DNA from: Candidatus Omnitrophota bacterium
Lineage (GTDB): Bacteria > Omnitrophota > Gorgyraeia > Zapsychrales > Zapsychraceae
Direction: 5' to 3'
Length of the DNA stretch: 56,308 nucleotides
Assembly: GCA_003528115.1 (NCBI GenBank)
Contig: DOGZ01000035.1
Location: 5,674 to 61,981 of the forward strand
Shown: in pieces, positions 1 to 9,965 of the stretch
Layout: the number at the start of each line of letters is the position of its first letter
How positions within the stretch are numbered: the stretch's first letter is position 1
Made by a program: the position numbers and the translations under genes
Notes under the pieces: model-generated
What the model saw: the letters and a program-made list of their open reading frames with translations, nothing else
Databases searched by the model: none
Told to the model about the DNA's origin: nothing

Positions 1-531
1 CCTTTTAAACGCTGGCTGGCCAAGGTGGGTTATGAACGTATTCAGGAAATCGAGAATCCGGAACTGGCAACCAAGCGAACTCGCATGTTGTACAAGCTCA
101 AAGGCTACAGCGATGATTGGATTGAGAAACGTGTGCGCGGGATCGCCATCCGTGAGGAATTGACCGGTGAGTGGCAAAATCGTGGAGCGCGGGAGGATAA
201 GGATTATGAAATCTTAACGACAGAAATATCGAAGGCCACGTTAGGAGTTACTCCCAATGAATACAAGAAAATCAAAAAGCTTCAACGGGAAAACCTGCGC
301 GACCACATGGATGATTTTGAATTGATCTTCACGATGCTTGGCGAGCGCGCTACGACAGAAATCCATAGAACAGAAAATTCTCACGGTGTCGTAAAGCTTA
401 AAAGTGACGGGAAGGCTGGAGGGAAGATCGCGGGTAATGCTAGAAAAGCCCTGGAGAAACGTCTCAAGCGGCCGATTGTGTCAGATCATAATTATTTGAA
501 AGAAAAAGAATCGCAAAAAAAGATTAAATAA
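1..531 (+). CDS. Bro-N domain / phage-antirepressor-like protein, 5'-truncated by the window edge
   Basis: Frame is open from base 1 (PFKRWLAKVGYERIQEIENPEL...RGIAIREELTGEW...NLRDHM...ELIFTMLGE), which is the typical C-terminal part of BRO-family proteins. Confidence 0.75.
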   Translation, partial: PFKRWLAKVGYERIQEIENPELATKRTRMLYKLKGYSDDWIEKRVRGIAIREELTGEWQNRGAREDKDYEILTTEISKATLGVTPNEYKKIKKLQRENLRDHMDDFELIFTMLGERATTEIHRTENSHGVVKLKSDGKAGGKIAGNARKALEKRLKRPIVSDHNYLKEKESQKKIK

Positions 532-718
532 AATGTATTCAGAATGTGGGCTTATTCCGTCGAGCCCGTGCGGGCGCGAGGATTGAAACATTATTGGACG
601 ATGGTGTTCCATTACTTTTGCGGAAGTCGGGAGTTCGCGGGGTATCAAGAAAATATATTTGGTCACCGCGGGGGATAATGATAAAATGTCCACGGTTCCG
701 GAATAGGATTCCTGGCCC

Positions 719-1492
719 TTGTATTCGTCTTTCCCCGTACAGAAGGGGATCACACAATTCATCCCTATGCACATATCAGAGATTAGACGCTGTCCTATTA
801 CCCGACGTCAAGAAACGGGCGGAGCTGTCAAGGCCTTGTCTCAAAAGATTATCCAGGCGCAGGAAGAAGAAAGGACCAGGATCTCCCGGGAGATTCACGA
901 TGATCTGGGCCAATCGCTGGCGACGTTAAAGATGCTCATTCAGGCCTCATTTACCGCATCGATCAAGAATCAGAGAAGCCGTGAGAAGTCCTTTGAAAAG
1001 ATTATTCAATATTTGAATACGATCATTGAGAAAACACGGGTCTTGGCCTCTGGCCTGCGGCCTTCCAGTCTGGAGGTTTTGGGACTGCGTCCCGCCCTGA
1101 AGGGGTTGGTGAATGATTTTCGCTGTAATAAAGATTTAAGGGTCCGGTTTTCTTGCGGACGACTGGACCATTTGGTATTTAAAGCGGAGGAAATCAATGT
1201 CTACCGCGTCATTCAGGAGGCCTTGACCAATATTGTCCGACACGCCGGGGCCAGGCACGCGGTCATCGCGATCAAGAAAATAAAGAATCATTTAAGGATT
1301 TTAATTCGGGATGATGGTCAAGGGGCAAAATGCAACACCCGACGGATCAAGGGGCCTCAGGGCCTGGGTCTATCAACGATGGAGGAACGGGTCAGGTTGC
1401 TGGGCGGGAAATGGGAATTCTCCTCAGTGAAAGGAAAAGGGACCCGGATCGTTTTAACAATCCCGGTGGATGTCCATAAAAAACATGGCTAG
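719..1492 (+). CDS. Sensor histidine kinase, HisKA_3 (NarX/UhpB/DegS type), no sensor domain; likely start ATG 767
   Basis: H-box EEERTRISREIHDDLGQ, N-box QEALTNIVRHA, G-boxes DDGQG and GLGL, terminal GKGTRI. Confidence 0.9.
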   Translation: MYSSFPVQKGITQFIPMHISEIRRCPITRRQETGGAVKALSQKIIQAQEEERTRISREIHDDLGQSLATLKMLIQASFTASIKNQRSREKSFEKIIQYLNTIIEKTRVLASGLRPSSLEVLGLRPALKGLVNDFRCNKDLRVRFSCGRLDHLVFKAEEINVYRVIQEALTNIVRHAGARHAVIAIKKIKNHLRILIRDDGQGAKCNTRRIKGPQGLGLSTMEERVRLLGGKWEFSSVKGKGTRIVLTIPVDVHKKHG

Positions 1493-2129
1493 ATGTGATA
1501 TTGTTTTAGCTGACGATCATGAGATGTTCCGGGAGGGATTAAAAAGTCTTCTCGAGCATGACTCCGGGTTCAGGGTGGTGGGGCAGGCGAAGGATGGAGA
1601 GGATCTTTTGAGCCTGCTGAGAAAGGTGAAATGCGGCCTTGTGATCCTGGACCTTTCTATGCCGAATGTCGACGGCATGACGGTCATTAAATCGGTCCGC
1701 GAGAAATATCCTCCAGTCAAGATTCTGGTCCTAACGATGCAAAAGGATCAGGAACATTTTAAACACGCCATGGCTTACGGCGCCAATGGGTATCTCCTGA
1801 AGGAGGACGCCTTTGATCAATTGCATAGGGCGATTCAGTTGATTATGAAAGGGAAACGATTTGTTTCCTCTTCCGTGGCGACGTTATTGGCCGATAAATT
1901 TGTCCGTTCTTTAGATGAACTCGAGAGCCCGTCTCTGGACATCCTGACCAAAAGAGAGCTTCAGATCCTCAAACTCATCGCCGGCGGGTGCGCCAACAAA
2001 AATATCGCGGCCGCGTTAGGCATCAGTGTCCGCACCGTCGAGAGTCACCGCGGCAATCTCACGAATAAACTGGGGATCAAGAGCACTGCGGGGGTTGTCA
2101 AATTCGCCATCAGCAAGGGGCTCGTGTGA
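1485..2129 (+). CDS. NarL/LuxR-family response regulator
   Basis: REC motifs (LADDH, ILDLSMP, LT, GYLLK) plus LuxR HTH (LTKRELQILKLIA...ISVRTVESHR); overlaps the kinase stop. ORF track starts at 1470. Confidence 0.93.
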   Translation: MARCDIVLADDHEMFREGLKSLLEHDSGFRVVGQAKDGEDLLSLLRKVKCGLVILDLSMPNVDGMTVIKSVREKYPPVKILVLTMQKDQEHFKHAMAYGANGYLLKEDAFDQLHRAIQLIMKGKRFVSSSVATLLADKFVRSLDELESPSLDILTKRELQILKLIAGGCANKNIAAALGISVRTVESHRGNLTNKLGIKSTAGVVKFAISKGLV

Positions 2130-2203
2130 AGACGGGTACTGTGTTCACCTGTAAATAATTTAGGTAACGCCGTATTAGGGAGTGAAAGTCTGAAAGAAAG
2201 TCG

Positions 2204-2228
2204 CGGTATTGATGACGGTATTGATGAC
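2204..2228. repeat. Tandem 12-bp direct repeat CGGTATTGATGA x2 directly upstream of the metH -35
   Basis: Exact copies at 2204-2215 and 2216-2227. Confidence 0.75.
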
Positions 2229-2234
2229 AACTCA

Positions 2235-2263
2235 TTGACATTTCCAGTCCTTTCATTTATGTT
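2235..2263 (+). promoter_or_regulatory. Putative sigma70 promoter of metH
   Basis: TTGACA(2235-2240)-17 bp-TATGTT(2258-2263). Confidence 0.55.
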
Positions 2264-2271
2264 GGTACATT

Positions 2272-5200
2272 GTGAAAATTCCAATATCCAATCATCCCAT
2301 TCATTATTTATTAAAGAAGAAAATTTTGATTCTCGATGGGGCCATGGGGACCATGGTCCAGCGCTATCGGCTGGATGAGGCCGCCTATCGGGGAAAAGCG
2401 TTTTTGAATCATCCCTTTCCTCTTCAGGGGAATAATGATCTCCTTTCCCTGACCCAACCTCAGATCATTGAAGAAATCCATGCCGCTTATCTCGCCGCCG
2501 GGGCGGATATTATTGAAACGAATACCTTCAGCGCCAATGCCGTCAGCATGGCGGATTATAAATTGACGGAGCAGGTTTACGCGTTAAACCTCGCGTCGGC
2601 TCAAATAGCCAAGAAGGCGGTTGCTGATTTTAATTTGAAAACACCTCAAAAACCCCGTTTTGTGGCCGGTTCCATCGGCCCCACCACAAAGACCGCTTCC
2701 CTTTCCCCGGATGTGAATGACCCCGGATATCGGGCAGTGACGTTTGATCAACTGGTCGGCGCTTATACAGAACAGATTCGGGGTTTGATGGACGGCGGTG
2801 CGGATTTGTTGTTGGTCGAAACTATTTTTGACACCTTGAATTGCAAGGCGGCTCTTTACGCTATTGAAACATACGGTGAGGCGGTGGGACGAAAAATCCC
2901 TGTTATGATTTCCGGCACCATCACGGATGCCAGCGGACGGACGCTGTCCGGTCAGACCATCGAGGCTTTTTGGATTTCCGTCGCGCACGCGGATCCTTTG
3001 AGTGTCGGGTTGAACTGCGCCCTGGGCGCGGAAGATATGCGGCCTTATATCGCGGAGCTCTCAGGTATGGCGCCCTGTTACATAAGCTGTTATCCCAACG
3101 CCGGGTTGCCTAACGAATTGGGAGAATATGTTCAATCTCCCTACGCCATGGCCGCGTTGCTCAAAGATTTTGCTCAAGAGGGTTTTGTGAACATTGTCGG
3201 CGGATGTTGCGGAACAACCCCGGATCATGTTCAAGCGATTGCCCAGACGCTCCGAGATCTGGCGCCGCGACAACTTCAGGAAAAAACAGTTTACGCCTCG
3301 TTCAGCGGGTTAGAGCCGCTGGTGGTGCGTCCGGAATCTAATTTTATTAATATCGGGGAAAGGACCAATGTCACGGGATCAAAGAAGTTCGCCCAATTAA
3401 TTTTGAACGGTGATTATGAAAGCGCCTTGTCCGTGGCCCGTCAGCAGGTCGAGGCCGGGGCCCAGGTCCTTGATGTGAATATGGACGAGGCCATGTTGGA
3501 TTCAGAGGCCGCGATGGTTAAGTTTCTTCATTTGATGGCCGCCGAACCGGATATCGCGCGGGTGCCGGTGATGATCGATTCCTCCAAGTGGTCTGTCATT
3601 GAATCCGGATTGAAATGTGTCCAGGGAAAATCTCTGGTGAACTCGCTCAGTCTTAAAGAAGGAGAGGCGGCTTTTAAAGAACACGCCGGGAAGGTAAAAC
3701 GCTATGGCGCGGCCTTGGTCGTGATGGCCTTTGATGAGAAGGGGCAAGCGGATACGAAAGACCGTAAGGTCGAGATCTGCCGGCGGGCGTATAAAATCTT
3801 AACGGAAGAGGTGGGATTCCCCGCGCAGGATATCGTTTTCGACCCCAATATTTTTGCAGTCGCGACCGGTATGGAAGAGCACAATAATTACGCCCTCGAC
3901 TTTATCGAAGCCGCCCGGAGCATTAAAAAGATGAATCCCCGGTGTCTGATCAGCGGCGGTGTCAGTAATATTTCGTTTTCTTTTCGAGGGAATGATCGTG
4001 TCCGTGAGGCCATGCATTCGGCTTTTTTATACCATGCCATTAAGGCCGGGATGGACATGGGGATTGTGAACGCGGGGATGATCACCGTTTACGATGAAAT
4101 CCCGAAAGATTTCTTGGAGCTCATTGAAGACGTGCTGTTGAATCGGCGGCCAGAGGCAACGGAACGGCTCGTGACTTTTGCCGAGACCGTGAGGACGCAA
4201 GGCAAGAAGAAGGAGTCGGACCGCAGTTGGCGGAAAGAAAAGGCTGAGCAACGTCTTTCCCATGCCCTGGTGAAAGGGATCGTGGAGTATATTGAAGAGG
4301 ATACGGAAGAGGCCAGGAACACATCCCAGCGGTCATTAGATGTTATCGAAGGTCCTCTCATGGACGGGATGAATATGGTCGGAAAACTTTTTGGAGAAGG
4401 CAAAATGTTTTTACCTCAAGTCGTGAAAAGCGCCCGGGTGATGAAAAAGGCGGTAGCCTATTTGACCCCGTACATCGAGAAAGAACAGGGAGGCGTCAAA
4501 GACCGTTTTGTCGGAAAAATTCTCATGGCAACGGTCAAGGGGGATGTCCATGATATCGGAAAGAGTATTGTCGGTGTCGTCTTGGCCTGCAATAATTTCA
4601 AAATTATTGATCTGGGGGTCATGGTCCCGGCGAAGGATATTCTGAAAGTCGCCCGTCAGGAAAATGTCGATATTATCGGACTGAGCGGATTGATCACGCC
4701 CTCTTTGGAGGAAATGGCCCATGTGGCCAAGGAGATGGAGCGGGAGGGCTTGGAGATACCTCTTATGATCGGCGGGGCCACCACCTCGGTCCAGCATACC
4801 GCGCTTAAGATCGCCCCCCATTATCACGGCCCGGTGATTCATGTGAAGGACGCTTCCTTAAGTGTCAGGATTTGCCGCAGTCTCATGGACAGGAAACTCA
4901 AGACGGAACTTATAAAGAATACGACGGAAGAATACGCGCGGATCCGTGACGAGTATGAACAACGCAAAGGGCAAAAGCGCTATCTCCCTTTGAGGGAAGC
5001 CAGAGAACGCGGCTTTAAAACGGATTGGGCTAAGATGCGAATCCCTACGCCCTCTTTTCTTGGCGTGAGGGTTTTAAAAGAATTTGATCTGCGTGATATT
5101 CAACCGAGGATCGACTGGAGCCCGTTTTTCATGGCCTGGGAATTAAAGGGCAAATATCCTCAAATTTTGAAAGATGCCAAGATGGGAAAAGAGGCCGGCC

Positions 5201-5961
5201 GGTTGTACGCGGACGCCCAAGAGATGCTTGGGGAAATCATGGACAAGAAGTTCTTGACGGCCAATGCCGTTGTCGGATTCTTTCCGGCCAACAGCGTCGG
5301 TGATGATATCGAGGTTTACACTGATGACAGTCGCCGTCAAGTTTTAACAGTTTTTCATACCCTGCGTCAGCAGATGGAGAAACATGATGACAAACCTTAT
5401 TACGCCCTTTCGGATTTCATTGCCCCCAAAGAAACGGGGCTCAAAGATTATATCGGCGCCTTTGCGGTGACGGCTGGCCTGGGAATGGATTCCTTAGTCA
5501 AGGACTATGAGCGCAAGAATGACGACTATCGAAGTATTATGACGAAAGCGCTCGCGGACCGCCTTGCCGAGGCTTTCGCGGAAAGGATGCATGAATTGGT
5601 CCGTCAGAAATATTGGGGTTACGCTCCGGAGGAACGTTTAAGCGAGCAGGATTTTATTCAAGGGAACTATCAAGGCATTCGTCCGGCGCCGGGCTATCCG
5701 GCCTGCCCCGATCATACGGAGAAGGCCTTGCTTTTTGATCTGCTGGGAGCGGAAAAGAACGCCGGGATCCAATTAACGGAAAATTTTGCCATGATTCCTC
5801 CGGCATCCGTGTGCGGGATTTATTTTTCCCATCCGGATTCGAAGTATTTCTGGCTTGGGAATATCGGCCGGGATCAGGTTAAAGACTATGCCGGGCGGAA
5901 GCATATCGACATCAAGATCGTCGAGAAATGGCTGGCCCCGCATCTGGGATATGACGCGTAA
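2272..5961 (+). CDS. metH: Cobalamin-dependent methionine synthase
   Basis: 1229 aa. LDGAMGT and GGCCGT (homocysteine/Zn domain), NIGERTNV (pterin domain), GDVHDIGK (cobalamin binding), [12 protein letters not shown] (reactivation domain). Confidence 0.98.
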   Translation: MKIPISNHPIHYLLKKKILILDGAMGTMVQRYRLDEAAYRGKAFLNHPFPLQGNNDLLSLTQPQIIEEIHAAYLAAGADIIETNTFSANAVSMADYKLTEQVYALNLASAQIAKKAVADFNLKTPQKPRFVAGSIGPTTKTASLSPDVNDPGYRAVTFDQLVGAYTEQIRGLMDGGADLLLVETIFDTLNCKAALYAIETYGEAVGRKIPVMISGTITDASGRTLSGQTIEAFWISVAHADPLSVGLNCALGAEDMRPYIAELSGMAPCYISCYPNAGLPNELGEYVQSPYAMAALLKDFAQEGFVNIVGGCCGTTPDHVQAIAQTLRDLAPRQLQEKTVYASFSGLEPLVVRPESNFINIGERTNVTGSKKFAQLILNGDYESALSVARQQVEAGAQVLDVNMDEAMLDSEAAMVKFLHLMAAEPDIARVPVMIDSSKWSVIESGLKCVQGKSLVNSLSLKEGEAAFKEHAGKVKRYGAALVVMAFDEKGQADTKDRKVEICRRAYKILTEEVGFPAQDIVFDPNIFAVATGMEEHNNYALDFIEAARSIKKMNPRCLISGGVSNISFSFRGNDRVREAMHSAFLYHAIKAGMDMGIVNAGMITVYDEIPKDFLELIEDVLLNRRPEATERLVTFAETVRTQGKKKESDRSWRKEKAEQRLSHALVKGIVEYIEEDTEEARNTSQRSLDVIEGPLMDGMNMVGKLFGEGKMFLPQVVKSARVMKKAVAYLTPYIEKEQGGVKDRFVGKILMATVKGDVHDIGKSIVGVVLACNNFKIIDLGVMVPAKDILKVARQENVDIIGLSGLITPSLEEMAHVAKEMEREGLEIPLMIGGATTSVQHTALKIAPHYHGPVIHVKDASLSVRICRSLMDRKLKTELIKNTTEEYARIRDEYEQRKGQKRYLPLREARERGFKTDWAKMRIPTPSFLGVRVLKEFDLRDIQPRIDWSPFFMAWELKGKYPQILKDAKMGKEAGRLYADAQEMLGEIMDKKFLTANAVVGFFPANSVGDDIEVYTDDSRRQVLTVFHTLRQQMEKHDDKPYYALSDFIAPKETGLKDYIGAFAVTAGLGMDSLVKDYERKNDDYRSIMTKALADRLAEAFAERMHELVRQKYWGYAPEERLSEQDFIQGNYQGIRPAPGYPACPDHTEKALLFDLLGAEKNAGIQLTENFAMIPPASVCGIYFSHPDSKYFWLGNIGRDQVKDYAGRKHIDIKIVEKWLAPHLGYDA

Positions 5962-6134
5962 CCTTCTTGGATCCCTTGAGCAAACGCCTGAATTAAAGAT
6001 GGAAATATTGCTTTGAGTATAGTAACATGATTTCCTCAAGAAAATGGAAAGTCCAGTGTAAGTCGACGGCGCGATCCTCAAGGCTGCGGTTCAGGGCGCG
6101 CGTCCTCTCGTCATGAGGGGCGGGTTTAAGGCGT

Positions 6135-6809
6135 ATGAATCTTTCTGGAAACTGGTTTGATTATTTTATTGTTTTTGGGGGAGGGGTTTTAGTCAGCTTC
6201 ACGCCGTGCGTGTATCCTGTGATGCCCTTGACCGCCGGTTTTATCGCCGGGATCAATACCCAAGGGACCAAATTAACGGGTTTATTGATTTCTTTAATTT
6301 ATGTTCTCGGCGTTGCTTTGACGTATTGCACGCTCGGCGTTTTGGCCGCGTTCTCAGGAAGTGTTTTCGGACAAATACAGAATACCCCTTGGGCGTATGT
6401 CGTGGTGGCGAATGTTCTGATTTTCTTTGCCTTGGTGATGTTTGATCTGATTCCGTTGCCGCTGATAGCCAGCAATTTGCACACAAAAATAAAAAAAAAG
6501 AATTTATGGACGGTTATTCTATTTGGAATGGCCTCCGGATTAGTGGTCGGTCCGTGCACCGCTCCCATTTTAGGGTCCCTTTTACTTTATGTGGCCTCAA
6601 AACATAATATCGCGCACGGGATTAGTCTTTTATTCGTCTTTGCTTACGGCGTGGGGGCGTCTCTGATTCTCGTCGGGACATTCAGCGGCATGTTAGTCAG
6701 TCTTCCTAAATCCGGCGCGTGGCTTGTGCGTATTAAACAATTTTGCGGTGGCGTGCTTCTCATGGCCGCCGAATATTTTTTAGTTAAAGCGGGAGGGTTA
6801 ATGTTATGA
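6135..6809 (+). CDS. ccdA: Cytochrome c biogenesis CcdA / DsbD transmembrane-domain protein
   Basis: About 6 TM helices with the redox Cys motifs SFTPCVYP and GPCTAP. Confidence 0.88.
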   Translation: MNLSGNWFDYFIVFGGGVLVSFTPCVYPVMPLTAGFIAGINTQGTKLTGLLISLIYVLGVALTYCTLGVLAAFSGSVFGQIQNTPWAYVVVANVLIFFALVMFDLIPLPLIASNLHTKIKKKNLWTVILFGMASGLVVGPCTAPILGSLLLYVASKHNIAHGISLLFVFAYGVGASLILVGTFSGMLVSLPKSGAWLVRIKQFCGGVLLMAAEYFLVKAGGLML

Positions 6810-7312
6810 AGAAAATAATTCGGGTTATGGTCATCGTTACGTTAGTGTCCTTGTGTTCCGGTCTTAGTTCCGCGATGGGCGATTTCTTTTTTATGGATAA
6901 TGAAATTATAGGCAAGCCAACGCCTGATTTTACTCTTAAAACAGTATCGGGGCAGGAGATTAACTTAAGTCAATACAGGGATGGAAAGAAAACGATCATC
7001 TTTTTCTGGGCCACGTGGTGCCCGCATTGCCGGGAGGCCTTGCGCGGCCTTGCGCAGAGTCAAGAGGAATTTGAGAAGAAAGAAATCAAACTTGTCCTGG
7101 TGGATGTCGGCGAGAATCTGGAGGTTGTCCAAAATTATATTGAGAAGAATGATATAACTTTTGAAATTTTTCTGGATGAAAAGAATCAATTAGCCGAATC
7201 GTATGGTATTGTCGGGATACCGACGTTTTTCTTTATTAACCAAGAGGGCATTGTGAAGGAAATGGGGCATAGCCTGCCGGAGAATTATGAAGAGATTTTG
7301 TCAAAGACCTAG
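6806..7312 (+). CDS. TlpA/ResA-family periplasmic thiol-disulfide oxidoreductase
   Basis: Signal peptide, PDFTL, FWATWCPHC, cis-Pro motif GIPT; ATGA-coupled to ccdA. Confidence 0.9.
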   Translation: MKKIIRVMVIVTLVSLCSGLSSAMGDFFFMDNEIIGKPTPDFTLKTVSGQEINLSQYRDGKKTIIFFWATWCPHCREALRGLAQSQEEFEKKEIKLVLVDVGENLEVVQNYIEKNDITFEIFLDEKNQLAESYGIVGIPTFFFINQEGIVKEMGHSLPENYEEILSKT

Positions 7313-7424
7313 TACACCATAGCATGATTCCCCCACCCTTCCTCTCCCACACGCAGACCGGGTCAAATGGGAGGATTAAGGAGGGGGAGAATTTGATCAA
7401 TAATTTCTGTTACAGTGTATTAGG
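7308..7424. mobile_element. Small MITE-like element with imperfect terminal inverted repeats and an internal hairpin
   Basis: CCTAGTACAC (7308-7317) / GTGTATTAGG (7415-7424), one mismatch; internal TTCCCCCACCCTTCCTCTCCCA...TGGGAGGATTAAGGAGGGGGAGAA. Confidence 0.45.
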
Positions 7425-7460
7425 CAATTTTACAGACAGGGATATCAGGAGAGACCAAGC

Positions 7461-7949
7461 ATGAATGAAGTGAATCAGTCAGAAATGATGGAAAATCAAC
7501 CGATGGATATTCTCCTCGTTGATGATAATGACGCGGATATTAAAATAACCGAAAGGGCTTTTAAACGGGCAAAGTTTAGAAACAACCTCTTTGTGGCCTG
7601 TGACGGGCAGGAGGCCCTGGATTTTATTTTCCGTCAAGGAGCGTTTCAGGATAAGGATAAATATCCCACGCCGGATGTCATCCTGCTGGATATTAATATG
7701 CCCAAACTGAACGGCTTTGAGGTCCTGCAAAGACTTAAATCCAACGGGGAGTTTAATTATATTCCCGTCGTGATGCTGACATCTTCACGAAGTCAGGAAG
7801 ATATATTCAGAAGTTACAGTCAAGGGGCGGCCAGCTACATTCAAAAACCGGTTGAATATGAAAATTTTACGCAAATCATCGACGGATTTAATTTTTATTG
7901 GCATGTTATTAATAAATTGCCGGACAGCAAATATTTAACGAATCTTTAA
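7461..7949 (+). CDS. Single-domain response regulator (Rcp1/CheY-like)
   Basis: ILLVDDN, PDVILLDINMP, IPVVMLTSS, SYIQKPV, terminal FYW typical of Rcp1-type receivers; AGGAG RBS. Confidence 0.9.
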   Translation: MNEVNQSEMMENQPMDILLVDDNDADIKITERAFKRAKFRNNLFVACDGQEALDFIFRQGAFQDKDKYPTPDVILLDINMPKLNGFEVLQRLKSNGEFNYIPVVMLTSSRSQEDIFRSYSQGAASYIQKPVEYENFTQIIDGFNFYWHVINKLPDSKYLTNL

Positions 7950-8020
7950 ACGTGGGGCGTGGGAAGCGGATTTCTCGCGGCATTGGGTATGAGGCGTACC
8001 CCTTATTTCGCTCGCGAACG

Positions 8021-8905
8021 TCACGTGTTTCTTATTGTAGAGAGGATCTCATCGGTAGGGGAGAGTTTGTTCAAGCAGTAAAAATGAAGCCCCGGGGCCC
8101 CGCCTTCCAGAAGTTCCCGGCATTGTTGAATGGCAAACTGGATGCCCGCGTGAGCGGTGGCATCTAAATCATTTTCGATGGGCTCAAAAATTTTCTTTAC
8201 CTTATCAGGGATTCCCGCTCCGCACAGGCCGCAGAATTTTTTCAGATTCTGATAATTGGTGATAGGAAGGATCCCGGGAATAATTCTGGCTGTCACGCCT
8301 ATATTTCTTAGCCGCGTCACATATTCAAAGTAGTCTTTATTATCAAAGAACAGTTGAGTAATCACAAAGTCTCCGCCGTTATCGATTTTCGTCTTCAGAT
8401 ATTGGGCGTCTAACTCCCTATCCGGACACAAGACATGTCCCTCAGGAAATCCCGCCACGCCGATTCCAAAATAGCCGTTAAAATTAGCCCGTATAAACGC
8501 GCAAAGTTCGCTGCTGTATTTAAAATTTTCCTCTGTCGGTTGCCAGTCCGGATGATCCCCAGGGGTGTCCCCGCGCAGGGCCAGGATATTGCGGATACCC
8601 CGCGACTTGATGTCTTCCAATATGTTTTTTAATTCGGTTTTTGTGTGCAAGACACAGGTGAGATGGGCCAGTCCCGTCACCCGGTGTGTCTGCTCGATGT
8701 GTTGGACAATTTCAAATGTCCTTTGACGGCTTCCACCGCCGGCGCCGTACGTGCAGGAGATAAAGTCAGGTTTCAATCGGCAGAGCTCTTCAATGGTTGT
8801 AAGCAGTTTTTGGTGTCCTTGTTCCGTTTTGGCGGGGAATAGTTCCAGGGAATAGGTTCTTTTTTTGTGCTGAAAAATGTCGGTGATTTTATGCATAGAG
8901 TTCAT
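8021..8905 (-). CDS. metF: 5,10-methylenetetrahydrofolate reductase
   Basis: SLELFP, SCTYGAGG, AHLTC, LALRGD, VAGFPEGH, ITQLFFD, GLHFY motifs. Confidence 0.96.
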   Translation of the reverse strand: MNSMHKITDIFQHKKRTYSLELFPAKTEQGHQKLLTTIEELCRLKPDFISCTYGAGGGSRQRTFEIVQHIEQTHRVTGLAHLTCVLHTKTELKNILEDIKSRGIRNILALRGDTPGDHPDWQPTEENFKYSSELCAFIRANFNGYFGIGVAGFPEGHVLCPDRELDAQYLKTKIDNGGDFVITQLFFDNKDYFEYVTRLRNIGVTARIIPGILPITNYQNLKKFCGLCGAGIPDKVKKIFEPIENDLDATAHAGIQFAIQQCRELLEGGAPGLHFYCLNKLSPTDEILSTIRNT

Positions 8906-9044
8906 TAAGAATTGTCTTTATGAATACGGTTTAGGATAAAATGTGTAAAATTCAGACAAAGCAGTATTAATATAATCCGAAATAAGTATTAATCAAATAA
9001 TTTGTAGGGATTTATGAAGATTTATGCGGGCGTGAAAAAAGGAG

Positions 9045-9959
9045 TTAATAGAGGGGAAGGGTTATTTTGTCAGCCTCAGATTGTAGTAAGTCAAAGGATT
9101 CAATTTGTGGAGTTGCAGCGATAATAAATTTCTTTGCCTCCGGTCCTTTCCCCATATTTTTCAGACTCAATCCCAAATAATGATAAACCTTGGGATGTTT
9201 GAAATTATTCTTCAGGGACTCCATAAAGAATTTGATGGCTATTTCATGTTTTTGTTGTTCATAAGCGGCCAAACCCGCCAGATAATAAAAAAATCCCTGG
9301 TCGGGAAGGCCTAAAGATATCGCGTGATTGGCGGAGCCAAACATATTTGAGAAATCCTTTGAATAGTAATAACCCATGGCCAACAACGTATGACAATGGC
9401 TGAGATGGGTTTTAAATCGCAGGGAAAGAGTATTCATGGATTCATCGGAAATGTCTAGTAAAGGAAGATAGATTTTGGTTGAAGTCGTGAAGTTCAGATA
9501 ATCTTCCGTGTTCAAAGAGGCGGCATTTTCCAAATATTGAATGGCCTTTGGATAATCTTGGTTCTTAAAATGGATGATACCGAGGCAGTAACAAAACAAA
9601 AAAGTGTTGGGATGACTGCGGTGGGCTTTTTTATACCAGGAGGTGGCTTCTTTAAATTTCCCTTCTTGATAATAACAAAATCCCAGCAGGCCATAGGCAC
9701 CTGAAACAGAGGGCATGTATTGGATGATCTTTTTGAAATAGCGGATATAAGAAGCCGTTTTCTTTTCATCTGAGGGGGCGCTGTTGTTTTCAAGGTTGAT
9801 CAAATAGTTAAAAGATTCGGGTTTGAGGGAATTGAGGGTCTTTGCCTTAATCTTATTTTCATCGGCAAAAATATGAAAAAGTAAGAAAAAGAGGAGATAT
9901 AAAGTCAGAACTCTTTTCCCCAAGGAAGTAACGAAGTGAAGGAGGTTTTTATTAAACAA
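9045..9959 (-). CDS. Membrane-anchored tetratricopeptide-repeat protein
   Basis: N-terminal hydrophobic helix followed by TPRs (AYGLLGFCYY, YCLGIIHF, FYYLAGLAAY, YHYLGLSL); paralog of 13511..14452. Start is TTG. Confidence 0.8.
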   Translation of the reverse strand: MFNKNLLHFVTSLGKRVLTLYLLFFLLFHIFADENKIKAKTLNSLKPESFNYLINLENNSAPSDEKKTASYIRYFKKIIQYMPSVSGAYGLLGFCYYQEGKFKEATSWYKKAHRSHPNTFLFCYCLGIIHFKNQDYPKAIQYLENAASLNTEDYLNFTTSTKIYLPLLDISDESMNTLSLRFKTHLSHCHTLLAMGYYYSKDFSNMFGSANHAISLGLPDQGFFYYLAGLAAYEQQKHEIAIKFFMESLKNNFKHPKVYHYLGLSLKNMGKGPEAKKFIIAATPQIESFDLLQSEADKITLPLY

Positions 9960-9965
9960 TGGAGT

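Noticed and set aside
1-531. Prophage edge implied by the Bro-N gene
   Set aside because: No integrase, structural phage genes or att site in the window; such genes often occur alone.
533-718. Selenocysteine/pyrrolysine read-through extending the kinase (in-frame TGA and TAG)
   Set aside because: It would need two different recodings, the peptide resembles no known domain, and no SECIS-like hairpin is evident.
2584-5340. Numerous antisense and alternate-frame ORFs within metH (and similarly across the window)
   Set aside because: Shadow ORFs of well-supported genes, with no motifs or RBS.
5962-6134. Possible ncRNA or riboswitch between metH and ccdA
   Set aside because: Only a weak GC hairpin near 6101-6122; no recognisable family motifs.
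7950-8027. Structured spacer and 71-aa ORF between convergent genes
   Set aside because: Imperfect pairing without a U-tract; the ORF overlaps metF antisense and has no motifs.
8906-9044. SAM/SAH riboswitch upstream of metF
   Set aside because: AT-rich spacer with no S-box or SAH consensus.
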